NCBI GenBank assembly: GCA_038087875.1
Contig: CM075995.1
Coordinates: 8,992,001 to 9,056,000 of the forward strand
Direction: 5' to 3'
Length of the DNA: 64,000 nt
DNA from: Malacoraja senta
Taxonomy: Eukaryota
This document shows, piece by piece, positions 22,813 to 35,693 of this stretch (its first letter is position 1; every line of letters starts with the position of its first letter). Both the position numbers and the translations under genes were made by a program. A model generated the notes under the pieces. It was not told where the DNA came from. It did not search any database and saw nothing but the letters and a program-made list of their open reading frames with translations.

Positions 22813-23505
22813 ATAGTCTGCGGCCAGGAAAGTTTCAGTTCAGTTTAGTCTATTGTCACGTGTACCGAGGTACAGTGAAAAGCTTTGTTGTGTGCTATCC
22901 AGTCAGCGGAAAGACAATACATGATTACAATCGAGCCGTCCACAGTGTACAGATACAGGATAAGGATTAATAAACAGTTGTTTCATTAATTTGTAAGGTG
23001 AGAGTGCGCCGACAATCGACAATGTAGAAAGGAACTGCAGATGCTGGTTTGTACCGAAAATAGACACAAAATGCTGGAGTAACTCAGTGGGTCAGGCATC
23101 ATCTCTGGAGAGAAGGAATGGGTGACGTTTCGGGTCGAAGGAGGGGAGGGGAGGAAATGCAGGAGTTTTTTCACACAAAAGGTGGTGTGTGTATGGAACG
23201 AGCTGCCAGAGGAGGTTGTTGAGGCAGGAACTATCGGAACGTTTAAGAAACATTTAGACTGGTACATGGATAGGATGGTTTTAGAGGGATATGGGCAAAC
23301 ATAGATGGGACATGTTGGTCGGTGTGGGCAAGTTGGGCCAAAGGGCCTGTTTCTACACTGTATCAGTCTATGTCTCTAACTCTTATCTACCTGCTCGTGA
23401 TCCATTTTTCTCCATTCCCTATATGTCCATGTGCCTATCCAAAAGTCTCTTTCATGCCACTGTCGAATCTGCCATCTCCACTACGTTCCAGGCCCCCTGT
23501 TTACT

Positions 23506-23802
23506 TTAGTTTAGTTCAGAGATACAGCACTGAAACAGGCCCTTCGGCCCACCGAGTCTGCACCGACCAGCGATCCCTCACACATTAGAGACACAAGGGA
23601 CAATTTTACATTTATACCAAGCTGATTAAGCTTCAAACCTGTACGTCTTTGGAGTGCGGGAGGAAACCGGAGCGCCCGGAGAAAACCCACGCAGGTCACG
23701 GGGAGAACGTACAAACTCCGTACAGACAGCGCCCGTAGTCAGGTTCGAACCCGGGTCTCTGGCGCTGTGAGGCAGCAACTCTTCCCTCTGCTCCATCGCG
23801 CC
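23506..23802 (-). mobile_element. HE1-like SINE
   Basis: Same head, body and tail as other copies. Confidence 0.8.
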
Positions 23803-23965
23803 ACTCCCTTTAAAAAAAAATAAGGACCAGCACACAGCCCGAAAAAACCAGGACAGGCATTTTTAAAAAGTGCCATAATTTTCCTATTGCTGTGACAGTT
23901 CTTGGGGAAGAAATAATGACAGTGCCAACGTCTCAATTGAAGAAACACATTGATATTTGATGTAC

Positions 23966-24165
23966 CTTTGTAGAAAGCTGTCAGCGAAATCCTCCTTCGG
24001 CTGCCCGACAGTGGCCTTTTTTGAGAAGGACACTCCAAAGTCCGAACTATCAAAATCGTCCCAACTGTCCATGGTTTTCATTGCAATCTGGCCCCATCTC
24101 CGTCTGCCACTTTTGAACCCCAGAGCATTATTCTCTCTCCCTTTGGCTGGCTTCTGAAGTTCATT
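23966..24165 (-). CDS. MAK: MAK-like coding exon (acceptor at 24165 or in-frame alternative at 24153)
   Basis: KPAKGRENNALGFKSGRRRWGQIAMKTMDSWDDFDSSDFGVSFSKK; donor AG|GTACAT; phase 0-2. Confidence 0.9.
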
Positions 24166-25569
24166 CTTTGCATTGGAACAGAAAGTAAGCACGATGCCGC
24201 CATTAGTTCAAGAAAAAATGTCATGCATAAAATTTTAGTTTAGAGATACACCGGGTCCGCGCCGACCGGTGATCCCCGCACATTAACACTATCCGACACA
24301 CACTAGGGACAATTTTTACATTTATACCAAGCCAATTAACCTGCACACCTGCACGTCTTTGGAGTGTGAGGAGGAAACCGAAGATCTCGGAGAAAACCCA
24401 CGCAGGTCACGGGGAGAACGTGCAAACTCCGGACAGCAGCACCCGGGATTGAAACCTGGTCCCTGGCGCTGCAAGTGCTGTAAGTGCCACCCACTGTGTC
24501 TTGCCCAGAGCAAGCGGAATTGAGAACCGGAGGATGTAGCTTCAAAGGGAAGGGGGAAAGATCAGTCTGAAGAAAGGACTCGACCCATTCCTTCTCTCCA
24601 GAGATGCTGCCTGTCCCGCTGACTTACTCCAGCATTTTGTGTCTATCTTCGGTGTAAACCAGCATCTGCAGTTTCTTCTTACACAATAGGAATCTGATGG
24701 GTGGTGGGGTATGTAATGAGTTGCCGGAGGAGGTAGTCAACAGATAATAGACAATAGACAATAGGTGCAGGAGAAGGCCATTCGGCCCATCGAGCCATTC
24801 AATGTGATCATGGCTGGTCATCCACAATCAGTACCCCGTTCCTCCCCATATCCCCTGACTCCGCTATTGAGACATGTACAATTGCAGCATTTAAAAACAT
24901 TTGGACAGGTACATGGATAGGACAGGTTTGGAGGCATATCGGCCAAACGCAGGCAGGTGGGACTAGTATAGATGGAAGATGTTGGTCGGTGTGGGCAAGT
25001 TGGGCCGAAGGGCCTGTTTCCACCCTGTATGATTCCTTCCATCTGATTTGTCTTCCTGGAGACGCAAGGAACTGCAGACCTGTAATCTTCAGTGAAACAC
25101 AATGTGCTGGAGAACCTGTTTGTGGGTCAGGAAGCATCTGTGGAGAGGAGTGGATAAGCGGCTTTTTCGGTCGGGACCCTTCTTCAGACTAGAGGCGACG
25201 TTTCGGCTTGGGTCTCTTCTTCCCTCTGAAAAATGGTTCCGACCCAAAACATAACTTGCCATTCTCTCCAGAGATGATGCCTGACCTGCTGAGTTACACC
25301 AGCGCTTTGATCAAAAGCCCATGTCATAGGAGCAGAATTATGTCATTTGGCTCATCGAGTCTGCTCAGCTATTCGATCATGGCTGATCTACCTTTCCCTC
25401 TCAACCCTATTCTCTTGCCTTTTCCCCATAACCTTTGACACCCTTACCAGTCAAGCGTCTGTCAATCTGTCTGTCTGTCTGTCTGTCAAGAATCTGTCAT
25501 TCTCCGCCTTAAAAATACCCACCGACTTGGCCTCCCACCAAAGATCTTATAGCGAGCTATAAGATCTTT

Positions 25570-26440
25570 GGCCTCCACAGCCGTCCGTGGCAATGAATTC
25601 CACAGATTCACCACCGACTGACTAAAGAATTTCCTCCTCATTTCCATTTTAAAGGTACATCCTTTTATTCCGAGGCTTTGCCCTCTGGTCATAGACTCTC
25701 CCACTAGTGGAAACAATAGACAATAGACAATAGGTGCAGGAGTAGGCCATTCGGCTCTTCGAGCCAGCACCGCCATTCAATATGATCATGGCTGATCATC
25801 CCCAATCAGTACCCCGTTCCTGCCTTCTCCCCATATGCCCGGACTCCGCTATCTTTAAGAGCTCTATCTAACTCTCTCTTGAAAGCATCCAGAGAACCGG
25901 CCTCCACCGCCCTCTGAGGCAGAGAATTCCACAGACTCACAACTCTCTGTGTGAAAAAGTATTTCCTCATCTCCCTTCTAAATTGCTTACCCCTTATTCG
26001 TAAACTGTGGCCCTTGGTTCAGGACTCCCCCAACATCGGGAACATGTTTCCTGCCTCTAGCGTGTCCAAACCCTTAACAATCTTATATGTTTCAATAAGA
26101 TCCCCTCTCATCCTTCTAAACTCCAGAGTGTACAAGCCCAGCCGCTCCATTCTCTCAGCATATGACAGTCCCGCCATCCCGGGAATTAACCTTGTAAACC
26201 TACGCTGCACTCCCTCAATAGCAAGAATGTCCTTCCTCAAATTAGGGGACCAAAACTGCACGCAATACTCCAGGTGTGGTCTCACTAGGGCCCTGTACAC
26301 TGCAGAAGGACCTCTTTGCTTATATACTCCTCTTGTTATGAAGACCAACATGCCATTGGCTTTCTTCACTGCCTGCTGTACCTGCATGCTTACTTTCAGT
26401 GACTGATGAACAAGGACCCCCCCCAGATCCCGTTGTATTT
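25570..26440 (-). mobile_element. CR1-type LINE fragments
   Basis: ORF 26019-26588 YRALVRPHLEYCVQFWSP...; tail repeats near 25715-25730. Confidence 0.9.
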
Positions 26441-28337
26441 GCAATTCTCTCCAGTGATGTTGCCTGACCTGCTGAATTACTCTGGCACTTTGACCAAAAG
26501 CCCATGTCATAGGAGCAGAATTATGCCATTTGGCTGATCGAGTCTGCTCAGCCATTCGATCATGGCTGCTCAGCCATCCTCTCCCCATCCACTCTATCCA
26601 GGCCTTTCAATATTCGGTGGGTTTCAATGAGGCCCATCCCCCATCATCCTTCCAAACTCCAATGAATCCAGGCCTAGAATCTTCAAACGCTCCTCATACC
26701 TCTCTGCCTCAGAGGGCAGTGGAGGCAGGTTCTCTGGATGCTTTCAAGAGAGAGCTAGATAGGGCTCTTAAAGATAGCGGAGTCAGGGGATATGGGGGAG
26801 AAGGCAGGAACGGGGTACTGATTGGGGATGGTCAGCCATGATCACATTGAATGGCGGTGCTGGCTCGAAGGGCCGAATGGCCTACTCCTGCACCTATTGT
26901 CTATTGTCTAACATTAAGTAAGTAAGTAAGTTTATTGGCCAAGTATTAACATACAAGGAATTTGCCTTGGTGCTCCGCCCACAAGTAACAACATGACACA
27001 CAGTGACAGTTACGAATGACTCAGAAAACACTAAACCTTAATAATAATAAAACATTAATGATAAAACACCATTGATCAAGCATGTGAACCAACAAAATAC
27101 CAGATCAAAGGGAGGCTACATGACGCAATCTTCCACAGGGTAATTCTCGTAAACCTTCACTTGACGCTCTCCAACGTCAGCACATCCTTCCTCAAATACT
27201 AGGGCAACTCTTTTCACACAAAGGGCGGTGGGTGTGAAAATGGGAGCAAGCTGCCCGAGGAAGTAGCTGAGTACAATCACAACCTTTAAGAAACATTCAG
27301 ACAGGTACATGGATGGGACAGGTTTAGAGTGATATGGGCCAAACGAAGGCAGGGGGGGACTAATGTGGATGTGACATGTGGGTCTGCATGGGCAAGTTGG
27401 GTTGAAGGGCCGGTTTCCACGCTGTATGACTATGTATGCTATTCATGTTTAGTAGTTCATAGAAACATAGAAAATAGGTGCAGGAGTAGGCCATTCGGCC
27501 CTTCTAGCCTGCACCGCCATTCAATATGATCATGGCTGATCATCCAACTCAGTATCCTGTACCTGCCTTCTCTCCATACCCCCTGATCCCTTTAGCCACA
27601 AGGGCCACATCTAACTCCCTCTTAAATATAGCCAATGAACTGGCCTCAACTACCTACTGTGGCAGAGAATTCCACAGATTTACCAAACTCTGTGTGAAAA
27701 ATGTTTTTCTCATCTCGATCCTAAAAGACTTCCCCCTTATCCTTAAGTTCATAAGTGATAGGAGCAGAATTAGGCCATTCGGCCCATCGAGGCTACTCCA
27801 CCATTCAATCATGGCTGATCTATCTTTCCCTCTTAACCCCATTCTCCTGCCTTCTCCACATACCCTCTGACAGCCGTACTAATCAAGAATCCGTCTATCT
27901 CTGCCTTAAAAATATCCACTGACGGCCTCCACAGCCAGTTGTGGCAATGATTTCCACTGATTCACCACCCTCTGACTAAAGAAATTCCTCCTCATCTCCT
28001 TCCTAAAGGAACGTCCTTTAATTCTGAGGCACTGACCTCTGGTCCTCGACTCTCCCACGAGTGGAAACATTCTCGCCACGTCTAATCGAAACAGGTCTTT
28101 GATTTCTGTTTATGAAGGAACTGCAGATGCTGGAAATATCGAAGGTAGGCAAAAATGTTGGAGAAACTCAGCGGGTGAGGCAGCATCTATGGAGCGAAGG
28201 AAATAGGCGACGTTTCGGGTCGAGACCCTTATGGAGCGAAGGAAATAGGCGACGTTTCGAGTCGAGACCCTTCTTCGAGACCCTATTTCCTTCGCTCCAT
28301 AGACGCTGCCGCACCCGCTGAGTTTCTCCAGGTCTTT

Positions 28338-28770
28338 GACAATAGACAATAGGTGCAGGAGCAGGCCATTTGGCCCTTCGAGCCAGCACCGCCATTCAAT
28401 GTGATCATGGCTGATCATCCCCAATCAGTACCCCGTTCCTGCCTTCTCCCCATATCCCCTGACTCTGCTATTTTAAGAGCCCTATCTAGCTCTCTCTTGA
28501 AAGCATCCAGAGAACCGGCCTCCACCGCCCTCTGAGGCAGAGAATTCCACAGACTCACCACTCTCTGTGAGAAAAAGTGTTTCCTCGTCTCCGTTCTAAA
28601 TGGCTTACTCATTATTCTTAAACTGTGGCCCCTGGTTCTGGACTCCCCCAACATCGGGAACATGTTTGCTGCCTCTAGTGTGTCCAAGCCCTTAACAATC
28701 TTATATGTATCAATGAGATGCCCTCTCATCCTTCTAAACTGCAGAGTGTCCAAGCCCAGCTGCTCTCATT
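28338..28770 (-). mobile_element. CR1-type LINE 3' fragment
   Basis: ORF 28415-28753 CR1 C-terminus; starts about 15 bp from the exon donor. Confidence 0.9.
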
Positions 28771-28784
28771 CAAGCGCATCTTAC

Positions 28785-29087
28785 CAGGTAGGCATTGTTG
28801 GTGATAGCGGGAAGAGTGGCTGGTTTGTATTTCACCGCCTCCATCTCCGGTTCTCGCTGGTTGGCAGTCTTCTGTGGGATTTGCACTTGTCCCAGTGGCT
28901 GATTTGTGCCTTTCAGCTGAGACTGAGATGGGGGCTGAGGCTGGGGCTGAAGCTTGTACTTTGGCAATATTTCTTGCTTGACCTCCGTCGGCTGAACTGT
29001 TTTCTTCGGCACCTGCGGTGGCTGAACGTACGGTGTCAGAGCGGCGCCCAGCGTTTGGCCCACTTGGAAGTAAGGATATCGAAGTGC
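28785..29087 (-). CDS. MAK: MAK-like coding exon (303 nt; kinase C-terminus plus Pro/Gln-rich region)
   Basis: ttgtAG|GCA CTT CGA TAT CCT TAC TTC CAA GTG GGC (ALRYPYFQVG)...TAC CTG|GTAAGA; phase 0-0. Confidence 0.93.
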
Positions 29088-29227
29088 CTACAATTTCAAA
29101 TGCTCAGACTTAGAATCCATTTTTAAATTGTTAGTAACTAGCCACATTGAAGCTGTATGGTCAAGAAAAATGGTCAACCAATACTTAGGAGGTTCGGTAG
29201 GCCCCCAACCTAGGGGATAGGACAGGT

Positions 29228-29863
29228 TTCATAACAAGAGGATTTCAGTATAGGAATAGAGAGGTTCTTCTGCAGTTGTATAGGGCTCTGGTAAGACCAC
29301 ATCTGAAGTATTGTGTACAGTTTTGGTCTCCTAATTTGAGGAAGGACATCCTTGTGATTGAGGCAGTGCAGCGTAGGTTCACGAGATTGAACCCTGGGAT
29401 GGCGGGACTGTCATATGAGCAAAGATTTAAAAGACTACGCTTGTATTCACTGAAGTTTAGAAGGATGAGGGGGATCTTATAGAAACATATAAAATTATAA
29501 AAGGACTGGACAAGCTAGATGCAGGAAAAATGTTCCCAATGTTGGGCGAGTCCAGAACCAGGGGCCACAGTCTTAGAATAAAGGGGAGGCCATTTAAGAC
29601 TGAGGTGAGAATAAAACGTTTTCACCCAGAGAGTGGTGAATTTGTGGAATTCCCTGCCACAGAGGCCAGTGGAGGCCAAATCACTGGATGGATTTAAGAG
29701 AGAGTTAGATAGAGCTCTAGGGGCTAGTGGATTCAAGGGATGTGGGGAGAAGGCAGGCACGGGTTATTAATTGGGGACGATCAGCCATGATATCAATGAA
29801 TGGCGATGCTGGCTCGAAGGGCCAAATGGCCTCCCCCTGCACCTATTTTCTATGTTTCTATGT
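29228..29863 (+). mobile_element. CR1-type LINE 3' fragment
   Basis: YRALVRPHLKYCVQFWSP...; TTTCTATG tail. Confidence 0.9.
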
Positions 29864-29977
29864 TTAGAGGGGTCTGTGCCAAATGCGGGCAGGTGGGACT
29901 AGTGTAGCTGGGACATTTTGGTTGGCGTGGGCAAGTTGGGCTGAAGGGCCTGTTTTCACTCTATGTGACTCTATAAC

Positions 29978-30610
29978 AGCCCTCACCAACTTCTACAGAT
30001 GCGCCGTAGAAAGCATTTTATCGGGATGCATCACGGCACGGTTTGGGAACAGCTCCATCCAAGCCGGTAAGAAATTGCAGAGAGTTGTGGACGCAGCCCA
30101 GACCATCACACAAACCAACCTCCCTTCCATTGACTCCATCTACACCTCACGCTGCCTCAGCAAGGCCAGCAGCATAGTCAAGGACCAGTCGCATCCCCGG
30201 CCTCTCCCTCTTCTCCCCTCTCCCATCAGGCAAGAGGTACAGAAGTCTGAAAACGCACACCTCCAGATTCAGTGACTGTTTCTTTCCAGTTGTCATCAGG
30301 CAACTGAACCATCCGACCAACAAATAGAGAGTGGTCCTGTCCTCCCATCTACCTTAGTGGAGACTTTTGACCTATCGACAGTCGGACTTTACAGGCCTGC
30401 TTCCATGCTGGAAGACAATGACTCAATGGAGTAGAAGCAAGAAACTGCATCTTACACTAAAGGTTATTCCCTTTATCCTGTATCTGTACACTGTGGACCG
30501 ATTGATTGTAATCATGTATTGTCTCTCCGATGACTGGATAGCACAAGAGAAAGCTTTTCACTGTACCTCGCTACACGTGAGAATAATAAACTAAACTAAA
30601 CTAAACTAAG
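29978..30610 (+). mobile_element. Rex1/Babar-like LINE 3' fragment
   Basis: LTNFYRCAVESILSGCITARFGN motif; (CTAAA)n tail. Confidence 0.8.
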
Positions 30611-30848
30611 TCATAACAAAAGAGATGAGCAAGGTCATCTAGTTCAAGGTCATAAGTTATAGGAGCAGAATTAGGCCATTCGGCCCATCAAGTCTACTCC
30701 ACCATTCAATCATGGCTGATCTATCTAACCATCTCAACCCCATTCTCATGCCTTCTCCCCATAACCCCAAACACCCGCATCCTCTCTATTCCCTTGAAAG
30801 TTGACTTCATTCTATCTGCAAAGGCCTGCCCTTGCAACGACTGCCCTT

Positions 30849-31630
30849 GTCACCTATCCATGTTCTCCACAGATGCTGCCTGTCCCGCTGAGTTACTCCA
30901 GCACTCTGTGAAACGTCACCTATCCATGTTCTCCACAGATGCTGCCTGTCCCGCTGAGTTACTCCAGCACTCTGTGAAACGTCACCTATCCATGTTCTCC
31001 ACAGATGCTGCCTGACCCGCTGAGTTACTCCAGCACTCTGTGAAACGTCACCTATCCATGTTCTCCACAGATGCTGCCTGACCCGCTGAGTTACTCCAGC
31101 ACTCTGTGAAACGTCACCTATCCATGTTCTCCACAGATGCTGCCTGACCCGCTGAGTTACTCCAGCACTCTGTGAAACGTCACCTATCCATGTTCCGGCA
31201 GCATCTATGGAGCGAAGGAAATAGGCAACGTTTCAGCCCGAAACCCTTCTGGGTTTCGGCCCGAAACGTTGCCTATTTCCTTCAGGGTTTCGGCCCAAAA
31301 GTTTGCCCATTTCCTTCGCTCCACAGATGCTGCCTGACCCGCTGAGTTACTCCAGCACTCTGTGAAATGTCACCTATCCATGTTCTCCACAGATGCTGCC
31401 TGACCCGCTGAGTTACTCCAGCACTCTGTGAAACGTCACCTATCCATGTTCTCCACAGATGCTGCCTGACCCGCTGAGTTACTCCAGCACTCTGTGAAAT
31501 GTCACCTATCCATGTTCTCCACAGATGCTGCCTGACCCGCTGAGTTACTCCAGCACTCTGTGAAACGTCACCTATCCATGTTCTCCACAGATGCTGCCTG
31601 ACCAGCTGAGTTACTTCAGCACTCTATGTC
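30849..31630 (+). repeat. 66-bp minisatellite (about 10 units) interrupted by an inverted PLE-tail piece
   Basis: Units start at 30909, 30975, 31041, 31107, 31173, then 31363, 31429, 31495, 31561; interruption at about 31195-31320. Confidence 0.92.
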
Positions 31631-31734
31631 CTTTCTTTGTAAATCAGCATCCGCAGTTGCTGGAAACATATAACTAACTGTAGCCTCAGTTTATCAAATT
31701 GTACAAAGTTACAGAATATTCCTTTCTCTGTTTA

Positions 31735-32040
31735 GATTAGTTTAGTTTAGTTTGGAGATACAGTCCTTCGGCCCATCGACTGCGCACCGACCAGCGATCT
31801 CCGCACACTTATACTAACCCTGCACACACTGGGGACGATTTACATTTATACCAAACCAATTAACCTACACATCGGTAAGTTTTTGGTGTGTGGGGAGGAA
31901 ACCCAAGATCTCGGAGAAAACCCACACAGGTTACAGGGAGAACGTACAAACTCCGTACAGACAGCGCCCGTAGTCGGGATGAAAGTCGGGTCTCTGGCGC
32001 TGTGAGGCAGCAACTCTACCCCTGCGCCACCGTGCCGCCC
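31735..32040 (-). mobile_element. HE1-like SINE
   Basis: Full head GGGCGGCACGGTGGCGCAG begins 12 bp inside the intron after the exon donor. Confidence 0.85.
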
Positions 32041-32052
32041 CTGTTAACTTAC

Positions 32053-32220
32053 TTGACTGGCATTTGGTCGCCTTTTAGGATCCCAATAAAGCGTTTCTTT
32101 GATTAGCTGAATTGCGTCATCGCTTGCGTTGGGTATCAATGCCTTCAGGTGAATGGGCACACACTGTGGAAAACGGAAATTCATGGCAGCCGAAAGCTGA
32201 TAACCTTCCGGCCACTCGCT
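32053..32220 (-). CDS. MAK: MAK-like kinase exon (168 nt)
   Basis: ttcacAG|AGC GAG TGG...[34 protein letters not shown]...[11 protein letters not shown]. Confidence 0.95.
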
Positions 32221-32700
32221 CTGTGAAGGGAACAAGATCGCTCTCAGTTAAACTCATAGACTTTTTCCACCAAGATAAACTAATCTTATCTGGTTGAGGG
32301 CCTCCACCACTGTCTGAGTGAGGCCACACGCAAATTGGAGGAACAGATCCTCATATTTAACTTGGGCTACTAATAACCCAGTAGTATGAATATTGATTTT
32401 TCTAATTTTGTTTGAATTTCTTTTTCTTCCCTCTCCACCCCACCCCAACCCTAGTCATCCTACAAGTTTCACTGTTCGCATCCAGGAAGCACCTAAGGAC
32501 CTGTCCCACTTACGCGATTATTTCGGCAACTTGCCGGCCCCCCTCATGGTCGCAGCAGGTAGCCGAAAATGTTCAACATGTTGAAAATCCAGCGGCGACC
32601 AGAACAAGGTACGACTCTTGGGTCCGCTGAGCTCCGCAGGGTGTTGAATGTATCCTCAATAAGGATTATATCATAGTTGTATAGTCGTTTATTATGGATA

Positions 32701-34314
32701 CAGTGGCTTGCAAAAGTATTCATACCCCTTGAACTTTTCCACATTTTGTCACGTTACAACCACAAACGTAAATGTATTTTATTGGGATTTTATGTGATAG
32801 ACCAACACAAAGTGGCGCATAATTGTGAAGTGGAAGGAAAATGATACATGGTTTTCAAATTTTTTTACAAATAAAAAAAAAACTGAAAAGTGTCGCGTGC
32901 AAAAGTATTCAGCCCCCTTTACTCTGATACCCCTAAATAAAATCCAGTGCAACCAATTGCCTTCAGAAGTCACTTAATTAGTAAATAGAGTCCACTTGTG
33001 TGTAATCTAATCTCAGTATAAATACAGCTGTTCTGTGAAGGCCTCAGAGTTTGTTAGAGAACATTAGTGAACAAACAGCATCATGAAGCCCAAGGAACAC
33101 ACCAGACAGGTCAGGGATTAAGTTGTGGAGAAGTTTAAAGCAGGGTTAGGTTATAAACAAATATCCCAAGCTTTGAACATCTCACGGAGCACTGTTCAAT
33201 CCATCATCTGAAAATGGAAAGAGTATGGCACAACTGCAAACCTACCAAGACATGGCCGTCCACCTAAACTGACAGGACGGGCAAGGAGAGCATTGATCAG
33301 AGAAGCAGCCAAGAGGCCCATGGTAACTCTGGAGGAGCTGCAGAGATCCACAGCTCAGGTGGGAGAATCTGTCCCCAGGACAACTATTAGTCGTGCACTC
33401 CACAAATCCGGCCTTTATGGAAGAGTGGCAAGAAGAAAGCCATTGTTGAAAAAAAGACATAAGAAGTCCCGTTTGCAGTTTGCCACAAGCCATGTGGGGG
33501 ACACAGCAAACATTTGGAGGAAGGTGCTCTGGTCAGATGAGACCAAAATTGAAGTTTTTGGCCTAAATGCAAACGCTATGTGTGGCGGAAACCTAACACT
33601 GCACATCACCCTGAACACACCATCCCCACTGTGAAACATGGTGGTGGCAGCATCATGCTGTGGGATGCTTTTCTTCAGCAGGGACAGGGAAGCTGGTCAG
33701 AGTTGATGGGAAGATGGATGGAGCCAAATACAGGGCAATCTTGGAAGAAAACCTGTTAGAGTCTGCAAAAGACTTGAGACTGGGGCGGAGGTTCACCTTC
33801 CAGCAGGGACAACGGACCCTAAACATACAGCCAGAGCTACAATGGAATGGTTTAGATCACAGCATATTCATGTGTTAGAATGGCCCAGTCAAATCCAGAC
33901 CTAAATCCAATTGAGAATCTCTGGCAAGACTTGAAACTTGCTGTTCACAGACGCTCTCCATCCAATCTGACTGAGCTTGAGCTATTTTGCAAAGAAGAAT
34001 GGGCAAAAATTTCAGTCTCTAGATGTGCAAAGCTGGTAGAGACATACCCCAAAAGACTTGCAGCTGTAATTGCAGCGAAAGGTGGTTGTACAAAGTATTG
34101 ACTCAAGGGGGCTGAATACTTTTGCACGCGACAATTTTCAGTTTTTTATTTGTAAATAAATTTGAAAACCATGTATAATTTTCCTTCCACAATTATGTGC
34201 CACTTTGTGTTGGTCTATCACATAAAATCCCAATAAAATACATTTACGTTTGTGGTTGTAACGTGACAAAATGTGGAAAAGTTCAAGGGGTATGAAAACT
34301 TTTGCAAGCCACTG
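32701..34314 (+). mobile_element. Full-length Tc1-like transposon (IR/DR type, 1614 bp)
   Basis: TA|CAGTGGCTTGCAAAAG...CTTTTGCAAGCCACTG|TA; about 215-bp inverted repeats with an internal direct repeat (TGCAAAAGTATTCA twice on the left). Confidence 0.96.
33083..34101 (+). pseudogene. Tc1 DDE transposase, disrupted
   Basis: MKPKEHTRQVRD*VVEKFK...GRPPKL...WSDETK...[14 protein letters not shown]...KGGCTKY*; at least two stops and several frameshifts. Confidence 0.93.
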
Positions 34315-35303
34315 TATATGTTTGTATTGATTATGGTGGTGGGTTCTGGCTTGTTTTATTGGAGTGTAAATATTATTTTTTAATACATTTTTTGATTATA
34401 AAAAAAAAAGGTACTACTCTTTTGGCGACTACTCACGACCACACAGGCGTCATCCCCGCGACATGTTGCCCAAACAGTCGTACCTTTTTCTGGTCGCCGC
34501 TGGGTTTTCAACGTGATGAAAAATTTCGGCCCCCTGCTGCGACTATGACGGGTGCCGGCAAGTTGCCGAAACAAATTGCGTAAGTGGGACAGGGTGAGAT
34601 TGCCTCTCATCCAAACTCCAGTATGCATTAACACAACCTGATCAACATTTCCTGACAAGGCAACCTCATTTTGGTTTAGTGTAGAGAGAGACACAGCATG
34701 GAAAGTGACCCTTTGGGTCTACATTGACCATCGATCACCTGTTCACACATGTTCCATGTGATCCCACTCTCCCATCCGCTCCCTACGCGCCAGGGACCAA
34801 TCAACCGACAAACCTGCACGCCTTTAGGATGCGGGAGGAGAGCGGAGCACTTGGCGGAGACAGACCCACACGGTCGCGGGGCGAACGTGCGAACTCCGTA
34901 CAGACAGCACCCGAGGTCAGGATCGAGCCCGGGTCTCTGGCGCTGTCAGGCAGGAACTCTACGGCTGCACAATTGTCGTAATGCCTGAGATTTCAAATGA
35001 GTATGGGAAAAAGGCGACTTTAGTGTTTTTGTTTTAGAGACACCGTGCAGAAACAGGCCATTCTGCGGCGCACTGTGCAGCAATCCCTGCACGTTAACAC
35101 TATCCTACACACGCAGGGGGACGATTGACTATTTTAACAAAGCCAATTAAACCACAGACCCGTACGCCTTTAGAGTGTGGGGAGGAAACTGAAGACCTTG
35201 GAGAAAAGCCACGCAGGTCACGGGGAGAGCGTACAAACTCCGTACAGACAGCATCCGTAGTTACGATTGGCCCGGGTCTCTGGCGCTGTGAGGCAGCAGC
35301 TTA

Positions 35304-35509
35304 AAGGGGCTGTCCCACTGCACGAGTTCATTCAAGAACTCGGGAAACGCGGTAAGCTCGGGAAGACTCGTGAAGATATTTCAACATGTTGAAAAATGTC
35401 CACGAGAGACCAGAGTACCTACGAGCGGTTATTACCGTAATTCTCCGAGTTTGAATCAGGGGAAACTCGGGAGAACTCTTGAATTGGCTTGTACAGTGGG
35501 ACAGGCCCT
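35304..35509. mobile_element. Harbinger-like MITE inserted in an HE1-like SINE
   Basis: AAGGGGCTGTCCCACTG ... CAGTGGGACAGGCCCTT with TA on both sides; SINE head sequence resumes after it. Confidence 0.75.
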
Positions 35510-35693
35510 TTACCGCTGCGCCATTGTTGTCTTCATGCCCAAGATTTAGTTCAGTTCAGTTTAGTTTATCGTCACGTGTACAGAGGCACAGTGAACAGCT
35601 TTTGTCGCGTGCTAACCGGTCAGCGGAAAGACAGCACGTGATTGCAATCGAGCCGTTTACAGTGTATAATAAGAAATGTTGCTGCAGTAGAGA

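Larger units (their letters stand above)
32497..34593. mobile_element. Harbinger-like MITE split by nested insertions
   Basis: Left arm GGACCTGTCCCACTTACGCG... (32497-32621) is the inverted complement of the right arm ...CGTAAGTGGGACAGG (about 34460-34593). Confidence 0.75.

Noticed and set aside
30849..31630. CRISPR-like regularly spaced repeats
   Set aside because: Units are contiguous and identical with no unique spacers; eukaryotic context; derived from the PLE tail.
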